Assembly: GCA_049322255.1 (NCBI GenBank)
Contig: JBMORE010000167.1
Coordinates: 1-64,000, forward strand
Origin: Myxococcota bacterium
Lineage (GTDB): Bacteria; Myxococcota; Myxococcia; Myxococcales; Myxococcaceae
Length of the DNA: 64,000 nt
Reading direction: 5' to 3'
The notes under the pieces are model-generated. The model was not told the DNA's origin. It was given only the letters and a program-made list of their open reading frames with translations, and made no database searches. This document shows, piece by piece, positions 54,541 through 64,000 of this stretch (the first letter of the stretch is position 1; the number at the start of each line of letters is the position of its first letter). Made by a program: the position numbers and the translations under genes.

Positions 54541-55938
54541 TTAGCGCCGGCGTGCAGCTCGCGCGAGGCCGACGGCGGCGAAGAGCGGCAGGGCGAGCCA
54601 ACTACTTCCGCAGCCGCAGCCCACCGGCAAGGGCGAGGGACGCGGACAGCGCACCGTCACGTCGAGCGGCTGCGAAGCGCTCCCCGTCGGGCCGGTGGCG
54701 ACGAGGTCGAGAGAGTGAAGGCCCGCCTGCTCCGGCGTGGGTGTCCACTGTACCGTGCCGGTCGAGGGGTCCACTTCGAGCCCTTCAGGCACGGAGCTAC
54801 GCCCGCTGGCGACCACCGAGAAGCCGGTCGCGCGTTCGGTTTGAGGTGAATAGATGAAAACCTGTCCGCAGAGCCCTTCGGCCGGCGGGGTGGAAAGAAA
54901 GCGGGGCACACCAGCGCGCTCTGGGGGAGCGAGCGCGGTGACCGGCTCGGGGTCGGTGTAGCGGCGCGCCAAGAAATCGTCGACCCACCAGCCGGTGTCA
55001 TCGGTACGGGTGCGGTGGAGCCCCACCGTTCCGCGGGTCAGGTTTGCACCCACGTCGAAGGATCCACTGAACGGCGGGTTGATCTGCACCCCATTGCGGA
55101 AGATGCGCGTTCGGGTGCCGACGATCGCCGAGCCGATACGTACCCACACCCCTGCCACCGGGACACCGGCATTGCTTAATATTTCACCGCTACCGCCGTC
55201 GAAACGCTCCCAGATACTCCAGCCGTCGGTGTTCTCGAGATTGGCTAGCACGAAGTAGTTGCCTGGTGTGGGCCCTGCCCGAATGAGGTGACCCACATCG
55301 ATGCTCAGTGCCTCGAAATACCACCAGGAGTCCACGTACACGTCCGCCTCATCGAAGGGCGGCGCCACCCCCAGGTTCCTCGCGCCGGAGAAGCTGCTCA
55401 AGGGGTACGTCAACGAGCTGGCTCCGCGGTGAGCGCGGGTGGTGTCGATGGCGAAGAGGCCCGCCGGGGTGAGGGTCGTCCACCGGTCGAGGTTGCCTGC
55501 CTCGAAGTCGTCGAAGAAGAGGAAAATCTGATGTGCGTCCGCCTTGGGCGAAGGCGGCGAGGGGTTGGCGTAATAGAGGTAGAAGTCGTCGGTCGAGCTG
55601 CCCGCGCCGAGCGCGTCGGCGTTCTTGAACCACAGGGTGGTGTCGTCGCGGTTCCAGGCGGAGCCGGTGTCGAGCACCCGGTCCAGCTCCAGCCAGCCGC
55701 TCCCCGTCCACCGCACCAATCGCACGTCGTCGCCATCGGCACGCGCCTGGCCCGCAGCCACCAGGGCGGCGTGGTCGAGCACCACAGAAAGCGAGTAGCC
55801 CGCGGGTGCTCCTGCGCTCGCCTGCAGCGAGATTTTCTGGCGGGAGGAAAATCTCGTATCCCACCAAGCCCCCGGCGGTGCCTCGGCGCGCGCCGACAGA
55901 CTGGCCAACACTCCAGCCCAAACGAGGAGGTGACGCAT
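54541..55938 (-). CDS. Surface protein: DUF2341-like + lectin-like + Ig domain, MYXO-CTERM-like tail
   Basis: DGDDVRLV..LWFK..YLYYANP, FFDDFE; PEGLEVDPSTGTVQWTP; GCGCG..LAR.ARRR. Confidence 0.82.
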   Translation of the reverse strand: MRHLLVWAGVLASLSARAEAPPGAWWDTRFSSRQKISLQASAGAPAGYSLSVVLDHAALVAAGQARADGDDVRLVRWTGSGWLELDRVLDTGSAWNRDDTTLWFKNADALGAGSSTDDFYLYYANPSPPSPKADAHQIFLFFDDFEAGNLDRWTTLTPAGLFAIDTTRAHRGASSLTYPLSSFSGARNLGVAPPFDEADVYVDSWWYFEALSIDVGHLIRAGPTPGNYFVLANLENTDGWSIWERFDGGSGEILSNAGVPVAGVWVRIGSAIVGTRTRIFRNGVQINPPFSGSFDVGANLTRGTVGLHRTRTDDTGWWVDDFLARRYTDPEPVTALAPPERAGVPRFLSTPPAEGLCGQVFIYSPQTERATGFSVVASGRSSVPEGLEVDPSTGTVQWTPTPEQAGLHSLDLVATGPTGSASQPLDVTVRCPRPSPLPVGCGCGSSWLALPLFAAVGLARAARRR

Positions 55939-55976
55939 GCAGCACAGACTGTACTTCACGTGGCATGGTGGGCGTG

Positions 55977-57434
55977 ATGAAGCTGCTCTTTCTCGCCTCC
56001 GAGGTGGCGCCGTTCTCCAAGACCGGCGGGCTTGCCGACGTCTGCGCCGCCCTGCCCGCCGCGCTCGCCGCCCGCGGGCACCAGGTGACGGTGGTCACTC
56101 CGCTGTACGGCTCGGTAAAGGAGCCCTCGCTTCGTCCTGTGGGCGAGCCCTTCACCTTGCGCTTCCCCTTCGGTCCGGTGACTGGCTCTTTGCAGAAGAC
56201 GCGGGTGGGCAAAAACCACGAGGTGCTGTTCATCGACCAGCGCGACTACTTCGGCGGTCGCGAGGGTTTGTACGGGGAGGGCGAGCGCGAGTACGGCGAC
56301 AACCACCGCCGCTTCGCCTTCTTCGCCATGGCGGCGCTGAACGCCGCTCAGCAGCTCGAGCTTTCCCCCCAAATCTTGCACTTGAACGACTGGCAGACGG
56401 GCTTGGCGGCGGTGGCGCTGCGCACGGGCTTTTCGGGCAGCCCGCTTCTGTCGGCCAAGAGCGTCTTCACCATTCACAACCTCGCCTATCAAGGTACCTT
56501 CCACAAGTCGGTGATGGACGAGCTGGGCCTTCCCTGGGAGCTGTTCACCGCCAACGGCGTGGAGTTCTACGACCAAGTGAGCTTCCTCAAGGCGGGGCTG
56601 GCCTTTGGCGACGCGCTCACCACGGTGTCGAAGAAATACGCGCAAGAGATTCTCACCCCCGAGGGCGGTCAGGGGCTCGACGGTTACTTGCGAGACCGGG
56701 CGAAGAGTCTCACCGGCATCCTCAACGGAGTGGACTACGCCGAGTGGAACCCGGCCAAGGACCCGGCGACTCCCCAGGGCTTTTCCGCCAAGGACCTCTC
56801 GGGCAAGGCCACGTGCAAAAAAGAGCTGCTCTCGCGCTTCGGTCTTCCCCTGGACAAGGGTGAGAAAGGTTCCGCGCTGTTGGGAGTGGTGTCGCGGCTG
56901 GCGGTGCAAAAGGGCGTCGAGCTGTTGCTGGGCGCGCTGCCGTGGCTGCTCGAGCGCGACGTGAAGGTGGTCGTCTTGGGCAGCGGAGAGCCGTCCTTCG
57001 AGCAGGCGCTGCGAGAGCTCAAGGCCCGCTACCCGGCGCGGCTGGGAGTGAAGATTGGCTTCGACTCCGCGCTCGCCCACTTGGTGGAAGCGGGGAGTGA
57101 CTTTTTCCTCATGCCGTCGCTCTTCGAGCCCTGCGGCCTCAACCAGATGTACTCGCTGCGCTACGGGGCAGTGCCGGTGGTGCGCGCCACCGGCGGGTTG
57201 GACGACACCGTGGTGGACCTTTCGCAACCCAAACCCACCGGCATCAAGTTCGTGGACTATTCGGTGCCCGCCTTCGTGGGAGCGCTGCGCCGCGCGCTCG
57301 AGCTGTACGCCGACACCAAGCGGCTCTTCGAGGTGCGAAGGCGAGGGATGGCGGTCGACTTCTCCTGGAGCCGCTCCGCCGCCGAGTACGAGGCGCTCTA
57401 CCTGCGCCTGTTGGAAGGACAAGGGGCGGGGTAA
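55977..57434 (+). CDS. glgA: Glycogen synthase
   Basis: KTGGLADV, HLNDWQT, FTIHNLAYQG, PSLFEPCGLNQMY, TGGLDDTV. Confidence 0.96.
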   Translation: MKLLFLASEVAPFSKTGGLADVCAALPAALAARGHQVTVVTPLYGSVKEPSLRPVGEPFTLRFPFGPVTGSLQKTRVGKNHEVLFIDQRDYFGGREGLYGEGEREYGDNHRRFAFFAMAALNAAQQLELSPQILHLNDWQTGLAAVALRTGFSGSPLLSAKSVFTIHNLAYQGTFHKSVMDELGLPWELFTANGVEFYDQVSFLKAGLAFGDALTTVSKKYAQEILTPEGGQGLDGYLRDRAKSLTGILNGVDYAEWNPAKDPATPQGFSAKDLSGKATCKKELLSRFGLPLDKGEKGSALLGVVSRLAVQKGVELLLGALPWLLERDVKVVVLGSGEPSFEQALRELKARYPARLGVKIGFDSALAHLVEAGSDFFLMPSLFEPCGLNQMYSLRYGAVPVVRATGGLDDTVVDLSQPKPTGIKFVDYSVPAFVGALRRALELYADTKRLFEVRRRGMAVDFSWSRSAAEYEALYLRLLEGQGAG

Positions 57435-57448
57435 CCTTCCGGTCCACC

Positions 57449-58366
57449 TTGGCCCAAGAAACCGAGCTCGGAGGTTACGAAATCATCGGCCGTCTCGCGA
57501 TGGGCGGCATGGCCGAGGTGTACCAGGCGCGGGCGCTGCCCACCACGCAGCGCTCACCGGGCGAACCCGACGACGTAGTGCTCAAGCGGCTCCTGCCCAC
57601 CTTTCGCAACGACGGCGCCTACGTGAAGCAGTTCGTCGACGAGGCCAAGCTCACCGTGCGGCTGCGCCACCCCAACATCGTGCGCACCTTCCGCTGCTTC
57701 AAGGCGGGCATCGACTACCTCATGGTGCTCGAGCTGGTCTCGGGGCGAACGCTGGCGTACATGCAGGAGGCGTACATGAAGGCGAAAGTCCCGGTACCGC
57801 CTTCGGCCGCCACCTACATCGTCTTTTGCCTGCTCAATGCGCTCGACTACGTCCACCGGGCGAAGGTGGGGGACAACGGAGCGAACATCATTCACCGCGA
57901 CGTCAACCCGGCCAATGTGCTCTTGGGCGTGAACGGCGATGTCAAGCTGACCGACTTCGGTGTGGCGGATGTGGAAGGAATGATGCGCGGCGAGGCAGGA
58001 GCGCTGCGAGGCACGGTGGCGTACATGAGCCCCGAGCAGGTGCTCGGCCTGCCGGTGGACGTGCGCTCCGACCTCTTCTCGGCGGGGGTGATTCTGTGGG
58101 AGCTGTTCACCAACCAGCGCCTCTTCGCCGGCGACTCCGAGATGGAGATGATGCACAAGGTGCGCGCCTGCAAGGTGCCTGACGTCGGCGAATTGAACCC
58201 CCAGGTGCCTGACTACGGGGCGCGCATCGTCCGCAAGGCGCTCCTCGCTGACAAGAGCTTGCGTTTTGCGAGCGCGGCCGACTTCGCCAAGGCCCTCGAG
58301 CTGCTCGCCCGACGAAACGGTTGGCCGCTCACCGTGGAGGCTCTCAAACCTCTGCTCGGAGGCTAA
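57449..58366 (+). CDS. Hanks-type Ser/Thr protein kinase (catalytic domain only)
   Basis: LAMGGMAEVY, VVLK, HRDVNPANV, DFG, YMSPEQ, DLFSAG; TTG start. Confidence 0.93.
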   Translation: MAQETELGGYEIIGRLAMGGMAEVYQARALPTTQRSPGEPDDVVLKRLLPTFRNDGAYVKQFVDEAKLTVRLRHPNIVRTFRCFKAGIDYLMVLELVSGRTLAYMQEAYMKAKVPVPPSAATYIVFCLLNALDYVHRAKVGDNGANIIHRDVNPANVLLGVNGDVKLTDFGVADVEGMMRGEAGALRGTVAYMSPEQVLGLPVDVRSDLFSAGVILWELFTNQRLFAGDSEMEMMHKVRACKVPDVGELNPQVPDYGARIVRKALLADKSLRFASAADFAKALELLARRNGWPLTVEALKPLLGG

Positions 58367-58375
58367 CGCTCGAAG

Positions 58376-58840
58376 GTGGCTCGCCCAACGCTCCTGGTCA
58401 TCCTCGCCCTCGGCGTCGCCGGGTGCCGTACCAGCCAGCACGCCGCCAAGGACCCGGTCCAGGTGGCGGTGCTCCAGCTTTCCTTTCCCGAGGCAGAGCG
58501 CGGGGAGATCGAGCTGTCGTTGGACCTCGAGAATTCCGAGCCGCGCGCGGGAGCGGTGAGCGCGGTGTGGTGGGAGCTGTGGCTGGGCGGTCGCTTTTTC
58601 GCCGCCGGCACCCAAGGAGTGCAACAGGTCCTCCCCCTGGGCGGGCACGCGCGATTGGAGTTGGCCCTGCCGGTGGTGTTTCGCCACGCGGCGCAAGACC
58701 CACAGACAACGGCTTTCGACGTGGGGGTGCGCGGCCGGGTGGCGGTGCATTTCGGAGGCGAGCTCGTCTTCTTGCCCTTTCACGCCGCCCGCCGGCTGGT
58801 GCTCGAGGGGGCGCCGGTGCTGGCGGTGGAGGAGGAGTGA
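58376..58840 (+). CDS. Lipoprotein, LEA_2/WHy-like
   Basis: Lipobox VAGC; L.LENSEP..WELWLGGR.FAAG. Confidence 0.7.
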   Translation: MARPTLLVILALGVAGCRTSQHAAKDPVQVAVLQLSFPEAERGEIELSLDLENSEPRAGAVSAVWWELWLGGRFFAAGTQGVQQVLPLGGHARLELALPVVFRHAAQDPQTTAFDVGVRGRVAVHFGGELVFLPFHAARRLVLEGAPVLAVEEE

Positions 58841-58844
58841 CTTT

Positions 58845-60194
58845 TCAGGAGCTCCCCGGTGACGGCTCGACCGCTCCCAGGGGAAGGTCGGGCTTGCTCT
58901 GCCGTTCCTTGGCTGGAGTGCCCTTGGGCTTGAGCACGCGAATGCGGTCCAGCTTTGGGCCCACCTTGGTGTGCACGGTGAACTGCCAGCCGGCGAAGGA
59001 AAACCGCTCGCCCACCTCGGGAATGCTGCCGGCCAGCGAAGAGAGAAAGCCGCCCAACGTCTCGAACTCGCCCTCGGGCAGGGCCAGCCCGAACGCCCGA
59101 GCGAAGTCTTCGGTGGTGAGCGCGGCGTCGACGAGGAAGCTGCCGTCGGCCTGCTTTTCTATCTGCTTCACCTCTTCTTCGAACTCGTCGCCGATGTCGC
59201 CGACGATTTCCCGCAAGATGTCTTCCAAGGTGACGATGCCCATGAAGCCCCCGTACTCGTCGACCACCATCGCCATGTGAATCTTTTCCCGCTGCATCTC
59301 CCGGAGCAGGTCGCCGATCGGCTTGACCCAGGGCACGAAGTGCGCCGGGCGAATGATGTCCGGCAGCACGATGAGCTCGGGGTGCTGCATCATCGGAATC
59401 AGGTCGCGCACGTGGAGAATGCCCACCACGTGGTCCAGGTCGTCGCGGTACACCGGCATGCGCGAGTGGTTTTCCTCGGCGAGCACGCGCAAAATTTCTT
59501 CGGCCGGAGCGCCCGTCTCCACCGCTACCACCTCCGTGCGCGGCACCATCACGTCGCGGCAGGTCTTGTCCGACAGCTCGAAGATGGAGCGGATGAGCTG
59601 GGGTGCACCTTTGTCCACCGTGGCTTTGGCGGCCTGAGCGGCGAGCAGCTTCTCCAGCTCGTCGAGCGGCGGCGGAGGGGCTTCGAAGCGCACCCGGGTG
59701 CGAAAGGGGCGCAGCACGAGGTTGAGCGCGGCCACCATCAGGTGCATCAAGGGGTAGAAGGCGAACACCGCCGCCGACACCAACCCCGACAGGCGCAGCG
59801 CCCAGTGCTCGGGGTTGTTCGAGGCGCCCGCGCGCAGCGTCACGTCGACCATGCTGGCGAGCAGGCCCACGAAGACCGCGCTGGCCAGCGGGGTGAGGAA
59901 GGCGAACCAAGGCGCGTCGCCGAAGCGGGTGAAGTCGAGTAGGCGCGGAGGCACCAGGGTGCCGATGGCGGCGGCGAGAAAGCCGAAGAGCACCATGCCG
60001 AAGCGCAGCGCGGCGGCGGTGGCCTCGCGCTCGGTCTTGTGGCGCAAGACCCGGCGTCCGCGGCGGGGACTGTCGTCGGCGAGCTCTTTGGCGCGGTGGT
60101 CGCTCGTGCCGTAGAGGGCCGACTCGGAGGCGGCAAACAGCCCGCGCACCAGGAGCAGCCCCAAGCAGGCGGCCCACATGGCCCAAGTTGGCAT
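58845..60194 (-). CDS. CNNM/CBS/CorC-HlyC (hemolysin-family) membrane protein
   Basis: [53 protein letters not shown]. Confidence 0.93.
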   Translation of the reverse strand: MPTWAMWAACLGLLLVRGLFAASESALYGTSDHRAKELADDSPRRGRRVLRHKTEREATAAALRFGMVLFGFLAAAIGTLVPPRLLDFTRFGDAPWFAFLTPLASAVFVGLLASMVDVTLRAGASNNPEHWALRLSGLVSAAVFAFYPLMHLMVAALNLVLRPFRTRVRFEAPPPPLDELEKLLAAQAAKATVDKGAPQLIRSIFELSDKTCRDVMVPRTEVVAVETGAPAEEILRVLAEENHSRMPVYRDDLDHVVGILHVRDLIPMMQHPELIVLPDIIRPAHFVPWVKPIGDLLREMQREKIHMAMVVDEYGGFMGIVTLEDILREIVGDIGDEFEEEVKQIEKQADGSFLVDAALTTEDFARAFGLALPEGEFETLGGFLSSLAGSIPEVGERFSFAGWQFTVHTKVGPKLDRIRVLKPKGTPAKERQSKPDLPLGAVEPSPGSS

Positions 60195-60275
60195 ATGGAG
60201 ATGTTCTAGCGCGCGGGCGCCTTCGGCACCACTCGGCGGGGAAAGGTGCTAAGGCAGCGCGCGTTTGGAGGAGTG

Positions 60276-60515
60276 ATGGTCGCGCGCGTGTTCGTCACCC
60301 TGAAGCCGGGCGTCCTCGACCCCGCGGGGAAGGCAGTGGAGAAGGGTCTCCACTCGCTGGGCTACCCGGAGGTCGGGCAGGTTCGCCTGGGAAAGTACCT
60401 GGAAGTCACTCTCGACGAGACGGACCCGGCGCGCGCCAAGGCCCGTGTCGAGCAGATGTGCAAAAAGCTGCTCGCCAACACGGTGGTGGAGGACTTCCGC
60501 GTGGAGCTGGGATGA
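60276..60515 (+). CDS. purS: FGAM synthase subunit PurS
   Basis: [40 protein letters not shown]. Confidence 0.95.
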   Translation: MVARVFVTLKPGVLDPAGKAVEKGLHSLGYPEVGQVRLGKYLEVTLDETDPARAKARVEQMCKKLLANTVVEDFRVELG

Positions 60516-61162
60516 GGTTTGGCATCGTCGTCTTCCCCGGGAGCAACTGCGACCACGACGCCTACCATGTCGCCAAGCACGTGCTCGGCCAGGAGGCGGT
60601 CTTCCTGTGGCACAAGGAGCGCGACCTCAAAAGCAGCGACGTGGTGGTGCTGCCGGGCGGCTTCTCCTACGGTGACTACCTGCGCTGCGGGGCGCTCGCC
60701 CGCTTCTCGCCGGTGATGGAGGAGGTCGCCGCCTTCGCCAAGAAAGGGGGGCGGGTGCTGGGCATCTGCAACGGGTTTCAGATTCTCACCGAGGCGGGGC
60801 TGTTGCCGGGCGCGCTTTTGCAGAACGCCTCGCGCAAGTTCATCTGCAAGGACGTGGCGCTCCAGGTCGAAAACCCCGACACCCCGTTCACCCGCGGGCT
60901 CTCCCAGGGGCAGGTGATGCGCTCGCCCATCGCCCACGCCGAGGGCAACTACTTCATCGACGAGGAGGGCCTGCGCCGCCTGGAAGGCGAAGGTCAGGTG
61001 GTGTTTCGCTACCTCGACAACCCCAACGGGTCGCTGAACGACATCGCTGGCGTCGTCAACGCGGGCAGGAACGTGCTGGGCATGATGCCCCACCCCGAGC
61101 GCGCCGCGGAGGCAGTGCTCGGTTGCGAAGACGGAAAACGAATCTTCGAGTCACTCGCGTGA
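60512..61162 (+). CDS. purQ: FGAM synthase glutaminase subunit PurQ
   Basis: [35 protein letters not shown]. Confidence 0.97.
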   Translation: MRFGIVVFPGSNCDHDAYHVAKHVLGQEAVFLWHKERDLKSSDVVVLPGGFSYGDYLRCGALARFSPVMEEVAAFAKKGGRVLGICNGFQILTEAGLLPGALLQNASRKFICKDVALQVENPDTPFTRGLSQGQVMRSPIAHAEGNYFIDEEGLRRLEGEGQVVFRYLDNPNGSLNDIAGVVNAGRNVLGMMPHPERAAEAVLGCEDGKRIFESLA

Positions 61163-61839
61163 GGGGCGCATTCACAGCCGTCTTGTTGACCACCTTGCTC
61201 GCCTCCGGCGCACACGCCTGGCCCGTCGATGTCTACGTCGACCTCGAGGCCGGTCGCGAAGAAATTTCCAAGCCCGCGTCCGTCACTTGGGTCGAGTCGG
61301 AAGACCCGAAGGTCGCTACCGCCGAAGTGCTCCTGGGGGGCGAGGTGCTCGTCACCGGCGTCTCTGTCGGCCGCACGGTGGTGCTGCTCTACGACCAGGG
61401 CAAGCTCGCCGCCTGGCGGGTGCGAGTCTGGCCCAAGGCGGAAAAGGTCAAGCCCCTGACCGCAGAGGAAAAAGCCCTGCGCCAGGCGTGCCCGGGGTTG
61501 ACGCTCTCGGCCGAGGCGCTGGCCGGCCCGGTGAAAGACGAACGCTGTCGCAGCGCGCTGCGGGCATATCTGGAGGCCGACGGCTACGCGGCCCGCCAGC
61601 TCGACTTGCGCTTCGAGCTGTCCGCGCTGCAGGCCCAGCTGGTCGCGCTGCGCTCGGCGTTGGCCGGAGCGGTCAAGCCCAAGGTGGAAGCGCGCTACCT
61701 GGGAGCGGCGCTGGTGCTCGAAGGCAGGCTCACCGACCAGGAGCACCGGAGGGTGCTGTGGGAGACCTTCCGCCACACCGTCGGTCGGGTGGTGCTCGAA
61801 GATCGCGTTCACGTTCACGCGGAGGCCGCCGCGCCATGA
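61159..61839 (+). CDS. Exported hypothetical protein (pilus-secretin N-terminal/Ig-like domain)
   Basis: Signal peptide ending [33 protein letters not shown] and ATGA overlaps with purQ and purL. Confidence 0.7.
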   Translation: MRGAFTAVLLTTLLASGAHAWPVDVYVDLEAGREEISKPASVTWVESEDPKVATAEVLLGGEVLVTGVSVGRTVVLLYDQGKLAAWRVRVWPKAEKVKPLTAEEKALRQACPGLTLSAEALAGPVKDERCRSALRAYLEADGYAARQLDLRFELSALQAQLVALRSALAGAVKPKVEARYLGAALVLEGRLTDQEHRRVLWETFRHTVGRVVLEDRVHVHAEAAAP

Positions 61840-64000
61840 GTCACTCGCCTGCGGTCATTGCTCAGCACGGACTGAAGCCTGACGAGTACGCGCGCATCGT
61901 CGAGCTCATCGGCCGCGAGCCCAACCTGCTCGAGCTGGGCATCTTCTCCGTCCTGTGGAGCGAGCACTGCTCATACAAGTCGTCGAAGAAATACCTGCGC
62001 CAGTTCCCCACCACCGGGCCGCGTGTGCTGGTCGGCCCCGGGGAGAACGCCGGGGTGGTGGACATCGGCGACGGGTTGGCCGCCGCCTTCAAGATGGAGT
62101 CGCACAACCACCCCAGCTACATCGAGCCCTACCAAGGCGCGGCCACGGGGGTGGGTGGCATCTTGCGCGACGTCTTCACCATGGGCGCGCGCCCCATCGC
62201 CTTGCTCGACAGCCTGCGTTTCGGTGACCTCTCGCACCCCAAGACCCGCTGGCTGCTCGAGGGGGTGGTGGCGGGCATCGCCGGCTATGGCAACTGCATC
62301 GGCGTCCCCACCGTGGGCGGGGAGGTGGCGTTCGACGAAAGCTACGACGGCAATTGCCTGGTGAACGCCTTCACCGTGGGCGTTTTGCCCAAGGACCGCA
62401 TCTTCAAGGGCACCGCCTCCGGCGTGGGCAACCCGATTCTCTACGTGGGCAGCAAGACCGGGCGCGACGGCATTCACGGCGCCACCATGGCCTCGGCGGA
62501 GTTCGACGAACGCTCGGAAGAGAAGCGGCCCACGGTGCAGGTGGGAGACCCCTTCACCGAGAAGCTGCTCCTGGAGGCGTGCCTGGAGCTGTTCCAGACG
62601 GACGCGCTGGTAGGCATTCAGGACATGGGGGCGGCGGGGCTGACCTCATCGTCCATCGAGATGGCCGGCCGCGCGGGCAGCGGCATCGAGCTCGACGTGG
62701 CGAACGTCCCCCGCCGCGAGGAGGGCATGACCCCGTACGAGGTGATGCTCTCGGAGAGCCAGGAGCGCATGGTGCTGGTGGCGAAAAAGGGCCGCGAGCA
62801 GGAGGTGCTCGACATTTTCCGGAAGTGGGACTTGGACGCCGCGGTGATCGGCAAAGTGACCGGCGATGGGCGAGTGCGCATCCTCGATGCGGGCGCGGTG
62901 GTCGCCGACCTGCCGGTGAAGCCGCTCACCGAGGCGGCGCCCGTCTACGACCGCCCCACCGCGCGCCCCCAAGAGCTCGATGCGCTGCAGGCCTTCGACC
63001 CGCGGTCGCTGCCGCCCCCCAAAGACCTGGGTGAGGCGCTGCTTTCCTTGCTCGCCCATCCCACCATCGCCAGCAAGGAGTGGGTCTTCACCCAGTACGA
63101 CCACATGGTGCGGCTGGGCGGAGCACTCTTGCCCGGGCGGGGCGATGCGGCGGTGGTGCGGGTGGAGTGCTCTCAGAAGGGCTTGGCGCTCGCGGTCGAC
63201 TGCAACAGCCGCTACGTCTTTTTGGATCCGTTCGAGGGCGCGCGGCTCGCGGTGGCCGAGTGCACGCGTAACGTCTCCTGCGTGGGCGGAGAACCGCTGG
63301 GGCTGACCGACTGCCTCAACTTCGGCAACCCCGAGAAGCCGGAGATCATGTGGCAGTTCGCCGAAGCCTGTCGGGGGTTGGCTGCGGCTTGCCGCGAGCT
63401 TTCGGTGCCGGTGGTGAGCGGCAACGTGAGCCTCTACAACGAGACCGACGGTCGAGCCATCTTCCCCACGCCCAGCGTCGCCGTCGTCGGCTTGCTCCCC
63501 GACGTGTCCAAGCGCTGCGGCGGTTTCTTTCGACGCGAAGGCGACCACATCGCGGTGCTGGGCACGACCCGCGGGGTGCTCGGCGGCTCGGAGTACCTGG
63601 TCGCCTTTCATCAAAAGACTGCCGGGCTGCCGCCCAGGCTCGATGTCGCCGCCGAGCGCGCGCTGCAAACGACGGTGCGGGCGCTGGTGCGCGAAGGGCT
63701 CCTGTCGAGCGCGCACGATTGTGCGGAGGGAGGCCTGGCGGTGGCGCTCGCCGAAAGCTGCATGATGGCGCCGGAGCAATCCATCGGAGCCCAGGTGAGC
63801 TTCGACGTCGGCGAAACCGCTCCCCATGCGCTCCTCTTTGGAGAAGACGCCTCGCGCATCGTCATTTCCTACCCTCCTCACGCCGAGGCGCGCATCGAAA
63901 CTGTTTGCCGGGAGGCCGGCGTTCCCTTTCGGTTCGCGGGCACAGTCACCGGCAAGGAGCTGGTCATCTCCGGTCTGCTTGGGCTGAGCGTCGACGCCCT
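61836..64000 (+). CDS. purL: FGAM synthase subunit PurL (runs off window end; absent from the ORF track)
   Basis: Read from ATG 61836: [54 protein letters not shown]. Confidence 0.97.
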   Translation, partial: MSHSPAVIAQHGLKPDEYARIVELIGREPNLLELGIFSVLWSEHCSYKSSKKYLRQFPTTGPRVLVGPGENAGVVDIGDGLAAAFKMESHNHPSYIEPYQGAATGVGGILRDVFTMGARPIALLDSLRFGDLSHPKTRWLLEGVVAGIAGYGNCIGVPTVGGEVAFDESYDGNCLVNAFTVGVLPKDRIFKGTASGVGNPILYVGSKTGRDGIHGATMASAEFDERSEEKRPTVQVGDPFTEKLLLEACLELFQTDALVGIQDMGAAGLTSSSIEMAGRAGSGIELDVANVPRREEGMTPYEVMLSESQERMVLVAKKGREQEVLDIFRKWDLDAAVIGKVTGDGRVRILDAGAVVADLPVKPLTEAAPVYDRPTARPQELDALQAFDPRSLPPPKDLGEALLSLLAHPTIASKEWVFTQYDHMVRLGGALLPGRGDAAVVRVECSQKGLALAVDCNSRYVFLDPFEGARLAVAECTRNVSCVGGEPLGLTDCLNFGNPEKPEIMWQFAEACRGLAAACRELSVPVVSGNVSLYNETDGRAIFPTPSVAVVGLLPDVSKRCGGFFRREGDHIAVLGTTRGVLGGSEYLVAFHQKTAGLPPRLDVAAERALQTTVRALVREGLLSSAHDCAEGGLAVALAESCMMAPEQSIGAQVSFDVGETAPHALLFGEDASRIVISYPPHAEARIETVCREAGVPFRFAGTVTGKELVISGLLGLSVDA

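Overview
High-GC window from a myxobacterium. The assignment is inferred from MYXO-CTERM-like GCGC tails, Cys-rich surface proteins and an esg-like 2-oxoacid dehydrogenase E1 pair. The backbone is housekeeping: aat, egtB, E1 alpha/beta, tamAB, miaE, gluQ, hemY, pdxH, glgA and purS-purQ-X-purL. Accessory blocks interrupt it: (i) a P2-type ATPase followed by a CusCBA Cu(I)/Ag(I) efflux operon whose CusA carries a Met-rich insert; (ii) a five-gene, tightly coupled envelope operon (26432->21913) behind a consensus sigma-54 promoter; (iii) a toxin-antitoxin hot spot around an M64 peptidase gene, where inserts are separated by diverged copies of the peptidase promoter and 5' end. The operon in (ii) is the best candidate for an undescribed system. 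It encodes a His/Met-rich Ig-like + beta-barrel protein, a His-containing inner-membrane protein, a porin, and two FMN_bind-like proteins that lack the flavinylation motif, one fused to a monoheme CxxCH domain. A ~35-bp REP-like palindrome occurs three times, twice in frame inside coding sequence. No rRNA, tRNA, CRISPR array, integrase or transposase was recognised. All family assignments are by-eye motif recognition, not database searches.
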